Shown here: one piece after another, positions 41,001-49,922 of the stretch
How positions within the stretch are numbered: the first letter of the stretch is position 1
Layout of the letters: every line of letters begins with the position of its first letter
Source: Podarcis erhardii
Lineage: Eukaryota
Assembly: GCA_964252035.1 (NCBI GenBank)
Contig: CAXUOO010000263.1
Reading direction: 5' to 3' (one strand)
DNA length: 64,000 nt
Made by a program: the position numbers and the translations under genes
The notes under the pieces: model-generated
What the model was told of the DNA's origin: nothing
What the model saw: only the letters and a program-made list of their open reading frames with translations
The model's database searches: none

Positions 41001-42514
41001 TGCAGCAACTGCCGCAACGCTGTCGACAGTCTGCGCCAACGCTGCACCTGCAGCACTTGAGAAGGCAGCCAGTTTTTCTCCACCAAGAAACAAGAGTTTC
41101 TGCTCTCGCAGCAGTAGTTTTCTCCGCTCTCTGTCTCCCTTTCAACGCACCAATCAGGAGTTTCAGGAGTTTCGGTCGAAGTGGGGGCTGCAGCGCTGCT
41201 GCCAGTGGAGGCCCGAAGCAGAAGAAGCCAAGTTGAGAGGAAAGACGGGGGGCTCTCCACTCCTTCACTCAGTTCTTCTTCGTTTCGATTCAGGACTGCT
41301 TCACACACAGCTGCGGCTGTTTCTGCTGAACACACCCCCAACTGCTGCTGCTGCTGCAGCCAAGCCAAAAAAGAACTCCAAAAAACTGCTACACCACCAC
41401 CACTATCACCACCACCAACACCACTAACACCATCATTAACACCACTAACACCACCACTAACACCACTGACACCACCACTAACACCACTGACACCACCACT
41501 AACACCACTGACACCACCACTAACACCACTGACACCACCACTAACAGCACTGACACCACCAACACCACCACTAACAGCACTGACACCACTGACAGCACTA
41601 GTAGCAGCTGAGAGTTTGTGTTTTCTGATTTGAGGCTGGTGTTCTTGCTCTTCTGTCTGCACAGCTTTCAAAACTGCTTCGACTTCCACTGCTGCAGAGT
41701 TAATTCCTCGCTGAGATTGAAGCGGAAGCTGCAAGGCAGCACAGCAGCCAGTGCGGAGTTCAGCAGAGTGCTGCAGCAGCAAGCGCAGAGTCGAAACTTG
41801 GAGCTGCAGAAACGGCAGCAATCTCAACATCACTGCCTGAAAGGTCTGCTGCAACGCATTTACGTCGCACACACACGACTGCATCGCTTCGTCGAGCAAC
41901 AACACCACTACTGGCTGCTGCTTCGCTGCACCCCTTCTCTGGCCTCTTCTTTGTGTTCTTCGTTTTCTCCTCTGTTCTTCGCGCCCGCTCCTTCGACCTC
42001 CACTTTCTTCTTCTGCTGCTTGTTCTTCTTCTGCTTGTTTTTCTTCCTTGTCTTCCTCTTTCGGTTGCTGGGGTGGTTCGAGTCCTTGTTTGTTTGAGCT
42101 TTTTGCTGCTGCTTCTGTTTTTCGCTGGTGACTGGGCGTTCTTTGAGCACAGTCAGCTTTCTTTTCTTCAGGTGTTTGTGTGCACACAAGTGCCACGTAG
42201 TACTCGAAGGCAAAGTAGGCCTCTCGCCAGCGAAGCCCCACACTCAAAAAACACGAAGAATCAGGCTCCAGCTTTGTTTTGACTGCTTCAGTGGGTTTGC
42301 ATGGCGCTGCTGCTGCTTCTGCACTGCTGCTCTTGTTCGCTGTCGTTGCATGCACTGCTTCTTCAACTGCTGGGGGCGCGAAAACGCGCTCCACTGCCGG
42401 TGCTGCGTCGAGCGAAATGCACTGAACCAGTGAAGAAAATCGCCACACTAGTGCATGCGCCAGCACGTGCAAACTCGACATAAACTGGCCTGCACACATC
42501 CCACACACACACAA
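38072..42514 (-). CDS. Large hypothetical low-complexity ORF (1480 codons), probably an internal exon with no good ATG; true frame uncertain below ~38560
   Basis: Long open frame with E/Q/A/S runs and interspersed helical-looking blocks. Acceptor-like ggttcag|tgc near 42424. No domain recognised. Confidence 0.6.
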   Translation of the reverse strand: MCVCGMCAGQFMSSLHVLAHALVWRFSSLVQCISLDAAPAVERVFAPPAVEEAVHATTANKSSSAEAAAAPCKPTEAVKTKLEPDSSCFLSVGLRWREAYFAFEYYVALVCTQTPEEKKADCAQRTPSHQRKTEAAAKSSNKQGLEPPQQPKEEDKEEKQAEEEQAAEEESGGRRSGREEQRRKRRTQRRGQRRGAAKQQPVVVLLLDEAMQSCVCDVNALQQTFQAVMLRLLPFLQLQVSTLRLLLQHSAELRTGCCAALQLPLQSQRGINSAAVEVEAVLKAVQTEEQEHQPQIRKHKLSAATSAVSGVSAVSGGVGGVSAVSGGVSGVSGGVSGVSGGVSGVSGGVSGVSGGVSGVNDGVSGVGGGDSGGGVAVFWSSFLAWLQQQQQLGVCSAETAAAVCEAVLNRNEEELSEGVESPPSFLSTWLLLLRASTGSSAAAPTSTETPETPDWCVERETESGENYCCESRNSCFLVEKNWLPSQVLQVQRWRRLSTALRQLLQLSVVAQSRSVQQPVAPKKREIRTKKRSFLGAAVLENPPESAEKQPQEKEEITEKVDGAVEEEAEEAEVEKVQGEVEEEEEEVVEQVEKVEGEVAEEEEEEKVEGEVEEEFEFEEKEEALLRGRGGGVLRQQQQVKQLQVECRYTGVTDSLPSSSKAVVLLAVLFPTQTQLLVEQRMLHEKAGKEAEKEKENREREQQVDQVDYFRERIAGCFLSENHTEKQVAAAVRKAGRSSPEAAAAGKKEKEKEEEVGETAHAEEGQSRTATAAESSWWAAVENAEELLLSEALQQLWPVGRAVLSRRRNPQQKEREICLFDGGGGGERREEEEQGEKRDATKQAADEEEAAPLFLRGKNSVEKEASCSFSRRKSLEGGLARNKTAETEASAKERGVAAEDFVERVSATHSIRSGGACKQQPQKEEKTGVKDFPPNTEKADWESSDETFTTNQEKLSTRKSSASAASNEPHTAAANVQTSTTAEESPVGAADSGGGACTTRSSTNKDSLQQLLLLPARPPSVAETAAASSSRPSAERRGGGNEGDFAQTKIEEKEEAQLCVGEEKEEESTSTTFSRFWCESTTQGPGPPRNSKNSEGANAAKAVEVVVRGGGGVCGEFFGSCLRRTAAQLRGSLTGSRGAVDVNAFLLLLLLNHHHQRNNKKRLKEESPQRLSRVCRWQKKTEAEELLSSLLLLSSGDENCSRFSDNKDLLSQLQDQQQQQQQQQQQQQQQQQQQQLWAGGVEVTKLREGLDYRLDWRSDCDVGNGENYLGSEFFAAEKRKVAAGLPWTETSSSSSSEEAEEDFDPSSSKKSHAADAHKTQQLPPLLLQQQQQLPLLLLQQQQQLPLLLLQQQEQLQRCEEVVGWWFGGPFNNKHYSPFGGGRSRASSPAPALVQQRFPKFRTEKKLEFFEEPCFDPQFSSFISGLFGAVEDSKLPSPRRLVCRAGFFSGAFRAGSFCMQSTLHRQTPCVEKKRGFFDLLLR
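38467..38546 (-). repeat. 33-nt tandem repeat, ~2.4 copies
   Basis: gctgaagtaatagtagtggaagctgctgctgtt starts at 38467, 38500 and 38533 (plus-strand text). Confidence 0.85.
41420..41595 (-). repeat. 21-nt coding minisatellite encoding (SGGVSGV)n
   Basis: acaccaccactaacaccactg is perfect at 41448, 41469, 41490 and 41511, with degenerate copies on both sides. Confidence 0.92.
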
Positions 42515-42788
42515 GGAAGAAAAGAGAAAAAGAGTAGCGTTGGAGATGTATTTTTTGGTGCAACTACACAGTTACCACTTGTTCCGTTCGCTCCGTCAAA
42601 TTCACACACACTCACACATCGACGATACACCTGAACTGAAGTAGTAGTAGTAGTAGTGGGAGTTACAGACTCAGAAAACACTCTGAACATTCACACACTC
42701 CATACAGATAATACACGAGTGTAGGTGTGTGTGCGCACACTGTAGAGAAGAGAGACTAGACAGCACCCGAGTGGAGCCTGCTCTCCTT

Positions 42789-45700
42789 TCACTCCTCCTT
42801 ACATTCTTTGTCTTCTTGTTCAGCAAGTTGTCTCAAGAGCTTGGTTTCTGCGCTACAAACTGCATGCGAAAAATCAAGGGGCGCAGTGGGTTTTCTTCGC
42901 AGTCCTTCCTCTTCTTCTGCAGCAGCAGGCGCCTCCCCCACACCAAGGAAGGGCGGTGGTTGCTGAGCAGCTTCATCAGCAGACAAACGCTTTTTCGAAG
43001 CGAAAACGAACTCGCAGCAGTTCTCTTCTCTGCCGCTTTCAGCGACCGCAGAAACGTCAGCCACCACTGCACCCTTCTTCGCTCGCTGCTTCAACTTCTC
43101 GTGCTGAAGCTGAAGCTGCTGCGTTTGCTGGTGCAGGAGTTGGTGGCGCTGTTTTGCTCTCCATCGCAGCAACACAGTAAGGAGCTTTTTGTGTCTGAAC
43201 CAAGCTTTGGCCATGTGCTTGACTCGCTTGAGACGCACAGGCAAGGGCTCCTTCGCAGCTGCTGCATGCGCATCTACGAAAAACAGCTTACTCAGCAACT
43301 TGCCTTTCACCCCAACACTACTACTGTTACTATTAATACTGCTGCTGCTGCTCGCCAAAGGCGCATTACTACTACTACTGCTATTATTGTTTGTTGAATT
43401 TGAGGCCCCTAAAGCTGCAGGGCCCGCCCCTGCATTACTGCGACGAACTGAAGAACGACTTCCACTAGAGCTGGTCGAAGATGGAGCAGGCGCTAAAGCA
43501 GCTCTTTCTAGCGCTGCTGCATGCTTTTCTTCGTCTGGACAAAAAACAGAAGCCCGCAGTGCCAGAGCCGTGCCTGTGCGTTTTTCACGAATGAGAAACA
43601 CGCCTTCAGCTTCAGCAGGAACGAGGCCCTCTCTCTGTTGTTGCTGCAGAAAGGAAAGAAAAGGCTCTTCTGCACAAGTTGCAAATGCCCCTCCTGGCAA
43701 CCTCCCCCCCCAAACACCACCACCACCAATGGTCCAGCCACCCCCCCAAGTAGTACTACTACTACTACTACTGTTATTTATATTCGTAGTAGTGTTCGTA
43801 TTCGAACTAGTGAGCGCAGAGGAAGTGGAGAAGAGTCTTTCACGGAGAGACGTCGTTCCATCTGCACAACTACTACTACTACTACCACTGTTACTACTAC
43901 TACTGTTTCCGCCACCCCCTGGTGAGGGACTTGGGCTGTAGCAACTGCTGTGAGAGCTGCCGTTCCACCAACACCACCTACTACTACTATTACTAGTACT
44001 GTTGCTACTTCCACTGCCTCTTACTGTCAGTCCTCCACTACTCACACCGCCGCCGCCTCCTCCTCTTTCACTGCTGCTCCCCGTTCGCCTGCAACCGAAA
44101 GTGCTGCTTCGGTTGTTGCTGCTGCTTACGCAGTAAAAAGTGCGCAGAGGGGGGTCTCGTTCGTACAGAGACTGCTTCGTTTCCTCCTCTTCTTCCTCTT
44201 CTTCTTCGTCTTCGTCTTTGCCTCTTCCACGCCTGTCTTTCCACGTCGAAAAAACAGACCAGTCCCTTCTGCTTGTGCCGCCTTTCCTCCTACAAAAAGA
44301 CCTGCTGTCTGCCATGTTGCTGTTTCCACTGCTACAACACCTGTCGAAGAAACTACTCCTACGAGTGCTACGACTACTACTACTACTACAACTAGTTTCA
44401 CTACTAGTACTCGTGGGGGGGGGGCAGCTGGAGTGAGAGTAGTTGGAGGAAAAGGGCGCACTTTCGCTGCTTTTCTGAGTGCTGCTGTTGCTCCTTTCAA
44501 ACGCAGTCGCTCCACTCTGTTTTCGGTCTCTTTCCCCCACACTGCTGCCGTTGCTGCGACTGCTCACTCGTTTACCACAAAGTAGTGAGTTTTTTTGCTG
44601 CCCAGAACAAGAGGAGCTTTTTTCACGCCCTTCTTTCTTCTGCTTGCCTCCTGCAGCACCCCCACTACTTTTTGCGCTTTCGGCTTCTTCTACCGAGCCA
44701 AAAACTACACCCTTGCTAGTCGTCGATTTTACCGAAAAATTGCATGCCACTGCCTCCACTGCAGCCGCTGCTCTGTGCATGGCTGCATCGCGTGCACCAG
44801 CAGCCAAGCGTCGCGCAATACTGAAGCCGTAAACCTCCACTGGAAAACTGGGCCACTTGCGAAAGGCCTCAAAAAGCGCGAAATTCCTGTCGACTTTCTC
44901 CCTCTCTTCTGCTGCTGCAGCAGTGGTTGACGACGCTTCTCCTTTCTCTACTTTCTCTTCTTCTTCTTCTTCACTTGCTGCCGTCCACATCGGAGGCTGA
45001 CTTTGGAAAACCAGCGGAGCGGGCATGAAGCAGGGCTCGAAACACTGAGGAAACTGTGGAGCTGCTTCGGCTGCAGTCGACGGTGTCCTGACAGCTGAAG
45101 AGACGATGGACGACTGAAAGGGCAGCAGTCGCTGAACCGCCTCGAAAAAAACGCCGCCTCTCTTTCGCTCGCTCTGCCTACTTGCACTCGTCCCCCCTTC
45201 TCCTCCACTTCTCCTAACTCCCTCCTCTCTCCCTTTCTCCCTTCTTCTTCTTCTGCGAAAGCCCCCCCCCTCCTCCTCTCTACTACTGCTACCACTACTA
45301 CTACTGCTACTGCTGTCGTCTGCATTCTTATCACTACTACTACTACTACTGAAACTACTACTACTCCTTTTTGGCCTCGTTTTCTTCCTCCTTCTTGTGC
45401 TGCGCCTGCTGCTGCCCCCACAACTGCTGTGGCCACTGAGCGAGGCACTGCGACTGCGCCAAAGCCACTGGTTCCTGCTGCTGTGGAAACTGTCGAGTGA
45501 ATTGAGGCTGCTTTTTTTGCTGCATGCTGCTGCGCTGAGCAAGCTGTGGGGCGCTTGGGGCTTTTCGCTGTGGGGTTCGCTGGACTGTCGCCGGGGCTGC
45601 AGCAGCATCGCTGAGCGCCGACTTTTCCTCGACTTTCTCTGCAAGAGCGAAACTCGAAAACAAAAGTTGAGCAGCGAGTCAGCTTGCGTGGGCGGCACTG

Positions 45701-48700
45701 CCACTGCTGCAGCTGCAGGCGGCGAGAGCCTCGCAATGCGTTGGGGCGAAATTTGGTGAGAAGAGTAGAAAACGGGAAGCAAGTCGAGGTCTGGCAGGAG
45801 CAAGTGAGGCGAGACGCTGGCGCTGCAGCTGCTGCTGCTGCAGCTGTAGGCGAACTTCTGGTCGCTGCTCCAGTCGCGCGAACTGCTTCTGCGGAACCAG
45901 CGATTCAGTTCAGTGTACACTGCAGGCTGCAACTGCGCAAGACTGAAGGCCACCGTGCGGTCCAGCAGCGTCTCAGTCGGCTGCAACAGTGAAGTCCAGA
46001 ACATCTCACTCGCCGAGGGAGAGAAAGCACCACCGTTTTCACCACCACCGATTTCACCACCACCGTTTTCAGCACCACCTTTTTCACCACCACCTTTGTC
46101 ACCACCGCCGTTTTCACCGCCGTTTTCACCACCGACACAGTGAGGGGTGTTGGTGGCTTTGTTTTGTTGTCGTCGAAACAAGAGCTCCGCTGCAGTTTTC
46201 GCGGCTCGCAGAGAAAGGAGGAAGCGTTGCTGCTCTCCCTTCGTTTCTTTCTGCTGCTGTTCTGCGCCTGCTGCAGCAGCTTTTTTGGCTCGCACTCGCG
46301 CAGTGGCTGCGCCTCTCGCGCTGCCTGCTGCTGCGTGCTTCGCTTCCGCTGCTCTGGGCGAGAAAAGCTCGCTTTCACTCAGCAGCAGCAGTTCCTGGTT
46401 TTTCTCCACTGCCAACTTGCCCCCAGTCTCCACTAGTTGTGCTCCTCCTCCTGCTCTGTTGCTTCTGCTGGTGCTCGTGGTCGTTGCAGCCGCTGCAGGG
46501 GGGGAAACTGCTGAGTCGAAACACTCACCGACACTGTTTGAGGGAAAAGCAGAAGCAGCAGTGAGAGAGCCGGGTCGAAGCGAGTGGTGGCCAGCAGTTC
46601 TCCACACTTTGCGTCGTTTCTCGCCGCCTCTCTGTGGAGACTGCTGTCTCCACTTTCTGCGGCTGTTCGCTTCTTCTTCTTCTGCGGCTGCTGTGGGCAG
46701 TTGGAGCCGTCGTCGCTGTGCCTCGCTTTCTGCAGCCACTGCAGGGGAGCTGCTCCTCTCTCCTTGCGACTGCTGCTCCACAGCATGCGCCAACTGCTGC
46801 AAAACTGACGCCACCTCCTCCTTCTCCTCCACCTCCTCTTCTTCGTTTCGTTTCTCTTTTTCTTTTCGGGAGCTTTGCACTGCTCGTTTCGCTGCTTGCA
46901 GCATGCGTTGTTTGGCCAGCAAAAGCTGCAGCAGCTTCCACAGAAGCACCCGCTGTTGCAGCAGCTGCTGCGGACCACTCTCCACAGGCTGCAGAGAGTG
47001 GTCCGCAAAAACTGGAGCGTTTGCTGGCTTTGCAGTTGGCTTCCACAGCGCACAGTCTGCTGCAGCAGAAAAGGGACTTTCCTCGTCGTTGTTGCTGTTT
47101 TGGTGGTGAGAAACAGCAGCAGCAGCAGGAACAGAAACAGGAACAGGAGGAGCAGGCGTGGTGTTGGGGGGCGGGGATTTCGAGTGAAGAAAAGAAGAAG
47201 AAGGCGCAGAAACTCCCGGTTTTGTGAGGCTTGAGTCGCTGTTTTTCGCTGCTGCATTTGACAGCCGAGAAACAAGAGCTGCAGCAGCAGCTGCGACTTC
47301 AGGTGCCAGGCCTCCTTTGTTCCGCAACGTCTTCAGCAGAGTCTCAGTCGAGTGGTTTTTGAACGAGTCGTCAGTACGCAGCGGCGCTGCTGCAGGAGAG
47401 TGCGAGTTGTGTGGAACTGAACCACTCGCAGAAGCAGAGGAGGCACCGCCAGCACGAGCTTCGAATTTGCGCAGCAATTCATGCAGAAGAAAGCGCGGGT
47501 TCTCAGCACCCCCTCCTGTTGCTGCTTCTTCTTCTTCTGGTGCTGCTGCTCCTGTGTAGTAGTAGGAAGAGGAGGACGAGGAGGAGGAGGGGGGACTGTC
47601 TACTTTTGTGGTTGCCGCACAATTCCCTTCTTCCCCACCACGACGAAAAGCGGCAGCAGCACCTGTCACGTCTTCCACAGGCGAGCCACTCTTCTGCAAA
47701 GGAACTCCGTACGACCTACTCACTCGGTTGATTATACCTGGTAAAAAAGAGCACGTCACTCGCCGCTGCTCAGCGGCAACTCCTGCGCGGACATGTAAAT
47801 CGCCAGTTTCAGAGGGAATGGTGGTGCTGGAGCTGGTGGGAGTGGTTTCGCCGACCTGTCGGTACTGCTGGCTGGCGTCAGTGTCCGTCAGTTGAAGCCT
47901 CGAGTTTGCGTCGAAACTGCTCTTCTTCTTCTTCGACAAAGCAGCGTCTTCTGCAGCGCTCTCTGCGCGATTCTCTGCAAGTCGCTGCTGCTGCTGCAAC
48001 AACATACGCGAAACAGCAGCGAAGGCTGAAGACGCATCTTGCTTTTGCTGCAGCGTTCTGTTGGTGTCTCTGTCCGGCACAAGTGACTGCGAATTCCACG
48101 CTGTATCACTATACGTCTTCACAACTTCAGCACCCCCAGCACCTGCCTGCATAATGGCGGCAACCGCTGCATTCGCAGACACGAGCAGATCAGGCTGTCT
48201 CGTCTCTTCTTTCACTCTACCTTTCGTGGAACTAGTAGTAGTGGAAAGTGTCGCTTTCTCAACACAAACCCCCGCCCCTCCCCCTCCTCCTCCTCCTCCT
48301 GTTCCTCCACTTGTTGTTGTTGTTGTTGTTGCATCTGCATCTGCTATCACACGTGAGAGAAGCGCCCCTGTTGACTTTAGTCCTGCACCCACGAGAGGCT
48401 CCTCCTCAGCTGTTGCGCTGCTGCTGCTGTTGCGGTTAGCACAGCTCTGCAAGTCAGACAACGAACTCTCGCAGTGCGCTTTTTCCTTTTTTCCCTCCTT
48501 TTCCTCCTCCTCTTCTTCGAGCGGCTGCTGCGAATTTGAACTCAGCAGCCGCAGTCGCTCCTCCGCTTTGAGGCCTTTCAACAGCCGCAGAAAAACGCGC
48601 TCGCCCACCTGCTGCTGGTCCTGCGCCTCCGCCTCGAGCTGCATGCGCTGCTGCGAGGAAAAAGAGAGAGACGAGAGAGCTGGGACTTGCGTGGCGTCAC

Positions 48701-49922
48701 TGACTGCGGGTTGAGCAAGCGGCGAAGTTTCCACGCTAGTCAACGGAGAGCCGCCCCCAGTTTTCAGGCGTCGTCGTTCCGTTTCTGCGCTGCTGCTGCT
48801 GCTGCTCGTGCCTGTGCTGCTTCTTCTGCTGCGACTGGATCTGTGCACTAGAGACTGCAGCAACTGCAGTTGCAGGGCCGCTGCAGTTGCAGTAGAGTCC
48901 ACTGACGCTTGAGCCGCTTCTGCTGCTGGGGCTGCAGCTGCTGCAACTGCAGCTGCAGCACAGTCTGCCTGGTTTCGAGCGAAAGGAAACTCGTCGCGGC
49001 TGTCAGCAGCAGCCACAGCCGCAGCTTCTTCTGTCTCTGCTGTGGGCGACGAACTGGGCGCAGCACTTGCAGACGACAAACGAGTGAAGAGGGGCTGCTG
49101 CGTGGCTGGTTCACTGACTGGCAACTCAGCAGCCACTCCAGCAGTGTCGCTGGAGCAGTGCCTGCGCAGGGGACTGGTGGCGTTACTACAACTGCTGCTG
49201 CTTCTTGGAAGAACTGGAAGCTGCTCAGTCTTCCCCAGTCTGGCGCCGCTTTCCGTTCTTCTAGCAGTAGCAGTAGTAGCAGTAGCAGTAGTAGTAGGAG
49301 AGGTACTGCTGTTTCCTGCGTCTGTAGAGTGCAAGGAAGCAGGAGAAGTGTCTGTGGTGACACACAAAAAGCGGTCGGGAGAGTCGCAGAAAGCAGCACC
49401 AGCTGCTGCTTCTTCTTCCGAATCCAGCGGACAGCGATTCGTGACGTTGCTGCTGCTGGGACGGAGTCGCTCACTCTCTGTCTCTCCTACACTTCCTCTC
49501 TTTCGCGCTGGCCTTTGCTCTGTCGCTGGCCCTGGAAGACTCCAAATGTCAGCGAAGGCAGCAGCTGCGGAAACGGGCGTTTCACTTTTCCCTGCAGACT
49601 CTGCACTGGCAACAGCTGCAGTGGACTCCACAGCTCTCAGCTGGATGGAGTCTGCACTTGTAGTATCTTTGCTGTTCATCTCTTTTCCAATGATGTCTGA
49701 ATCGCGGCTGCTGCTCTCGTGCTGGACCGTAGCAGCAGCACCAGCAGCATCGTCTGAGGAGGCACATTTTGATACAGTCGCTTCTTTGGTGGTCGTCGAC
49801 TCTTGCTTAGTGTCAGGGTCCTTCTTAGACGAAGATACGCACACGTCGTCAGTAGTTTCGTCTACACAACTACCTTCACTCTCCTGGAGATTAAAACTGC
49901 TGCTTCTGCTGCTTCCTTCCAT
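42789..49922 (-). CDS. Very large hypothetical low-complexity protein ORF (2377 aa), probably the first exon of a multi-exon gene
   Basis: ATG at 49922 in gagaaATGG context. Open for 7.1 kb; donor-like GAAT|GTAAGG at 42802 just before the stop. S/A/E/Q/T/G runs; no domain recognised. Confidence 0.75.
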   Translation of the reverse strand: MEGSSRSSSFNLQESEGSCVDETTDDVCVSSSKKDPDTKQESTTTKEATVSKCASSDDAAGAAATVQHESSSRDSDIIGKEMNSKDTTSADSIQLRAVESTAAVASAESAGKSETPVSAAAAFADIWSLPGPATEQRPARKRGSVGETESERLRPSSSNVTNRCPLDSEEEAAAGAAFCDSPDRFLCVTTDTSPASLHSTDAGNSSTSPTTTATATTATARRTESGARLGKTEQLPVLPRSSSSCSNATSPLRRHCSSDTAGVAAELPVSEPATQQPLFTRLSSASAAPSSSPTAETEEAAAVAAADSRDEFPFARNQADCAAAAVAAAAAPAAEAAQASVDSTATAAALQLQLLQSLVHRSSRSRRSSTGTSSSSSSAETERRRLKTGGGSPLTSVETSPLAQPAVSDATQVPALSSLSFSSQQRMQLEAEAQDQQQVGERVFLRLLKGLKAEERLRLLSSNSQQPLEEEEEEKEGKKEKAHCESSLSDLQSCANRNSSSSATAEEEPLVGAGLKSTGALLSRVIADADATTTTTTSGGTGGGGGGGGAGVCVEKATLSTTTSSTKGRVKEETRQPDLLVSANAAVAAIMQAGAGGAEVVKTYSDTAWNSQSLVPDRDTNRTLQQKQDASSAFAAVSRMLLQQQQRLAENRAESAAEDAALSKKKKSSFDANSRLQLTDTDASQQYRQVGETTPTSSSTTIPSETGDLHVRAGVAAEQRRVTCSFLPGIINRVSRSYGVPLQKSGSPVEDVTGAAAAFRRGGEEGNCAATTKVDSPPSSSSSSSSYYYTGAAAPEEEEAATGGGAENPRFLLHELLRKFEARAGGASSASASGSVPHNSHSPAAAPLRTDDSFKNHSTETLLKTLRNKGGLAPEVAAAAAALVSRLSNAAAKNSDSSLTKPGVSAPSSSFLHSKSPPPNTTPAPPVPVSVPAAAAVSHHQNSNNDEESPFSAAADCALWKPTAKPANAPVFADHSLQPVESGPQQLLQQRVLLWKLLQLLLAKQRMLQAAKRAVQSSRKEKEKRNEEEEVEEKEEVASVLQQLAHAVEQQSQGERSSSPAVAAESEAQRRRLQLPTAAAEEEEANSRRKWRQQSPQRGGEKRRKVWRTAGHHSLRPGSLTAASAFPSNSVGECFDSAVSPPAAAATTTSTSRSNRAGGGAQLVETGGKLAVEKNQELLLLSESELFSPRAAEAKHAAAGSARGAATARVRAKKAAAAGAEQQQKETKGEQQRFLLSLRAAKTAAELLFRRQQNKATNTPHCVGGENGGENGGGDKGGGEKGGAENGGGEIGGGENGGAFSPSASEMFWTSLLQPTETLLDRTVAFSLAQLQPAVYTELNRWFRRSSSRDWSSDQKFAYSCSSSSCSASVSPHLLLPDLDLLPVFYSSHQISPQRIARLSPPAAAAVAVPPTQADSLLNFCFRVSLLQRKSRKSRRSAMLLQPRRQSSEPHSEKPQAPHSLLSAAACSKKSSLNSLDSFHSSRNQWLWRSRSASLSGHSSCGGSSRRSTRRRKKTRPKRSSSSFSSSSSSDKNADDSSSSSSSGSSSREEEGGGFRRRRRREKGREEGVRRSGGEGGTSASRQSERKRGGVFFEAVQRLLPFQSSIVSSAVRTPSTAAEAAPQFPQCFEPCFMPAPLVFQSQPPMWTAASEEEEEEKVEKGEASSTTAAAAEEREKVDRNFALFEAFRKWPSFPVEVYGFSIARRLAAGARDAAMHRAAAAVEAVACNFSVKSTTSKGVVFGSVEEAESAKSSGGAAGGKQKKEGREKSSSCSGQQKNSLLCGKRVSSRSNGSSVGERDRKQSGATAFERSNSSTQKSSESAPFSSNYSHSSCPPPTSTSSETSCSSSSSRSTRRSSFFDRCCSSGNSNMADSRSFCRRKGGTSRRDWSVFSTWKDRRGRGKDEDEEEEEEEEETKQSLYERDPPLRTFYCVSSSNNRSSTFGCRRTGSSSERGGGGGGVSSGGLTVRGSGSSNSTSNSSSRWCWWNGSSHSSCYSPSPSPGGGGNSSSSNSGSSSSSCADGTTSLRERLFSTSSALTSSNTNTTTNINNSSSSSSTTWGGGWTIGGGGVWGGRLPGGAFATCAEEPFLSFLQQQQREGLVPAEAEGVFLIREKRTGTALALRASVFCPDEEKHAAALERAALAPAPSSTSSSGSRSSVRRSNAGAGPAALGASNSTNNNSSSSSNAPLASSSSSINSNSSSVGVKGKLLSKLFFVDAHAAAAKEPLPVRLKRVKHMAKAWFRHKKLLTVLLRWRAKQRHQLLHQQTQQLQLQHEKLKQRAKKGAVVADVSAVAESGREENCCEFVFASKKRLSADEAAQQPPPFLGVGEAPAAAEEEEGLRRKPTAPLDFSHAVCSAETKLLRQLAEQEDKECKEE
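46029..46133 (-). repeat. 15-nt degenerate coding repeat encoding GGE[N/K/I]G units
   Basis: ttttcaccaccaccg-like units give GGENGGENGGGDKGGGEKGGAENGGGEIGGGENGG. Confidence 0.85.
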
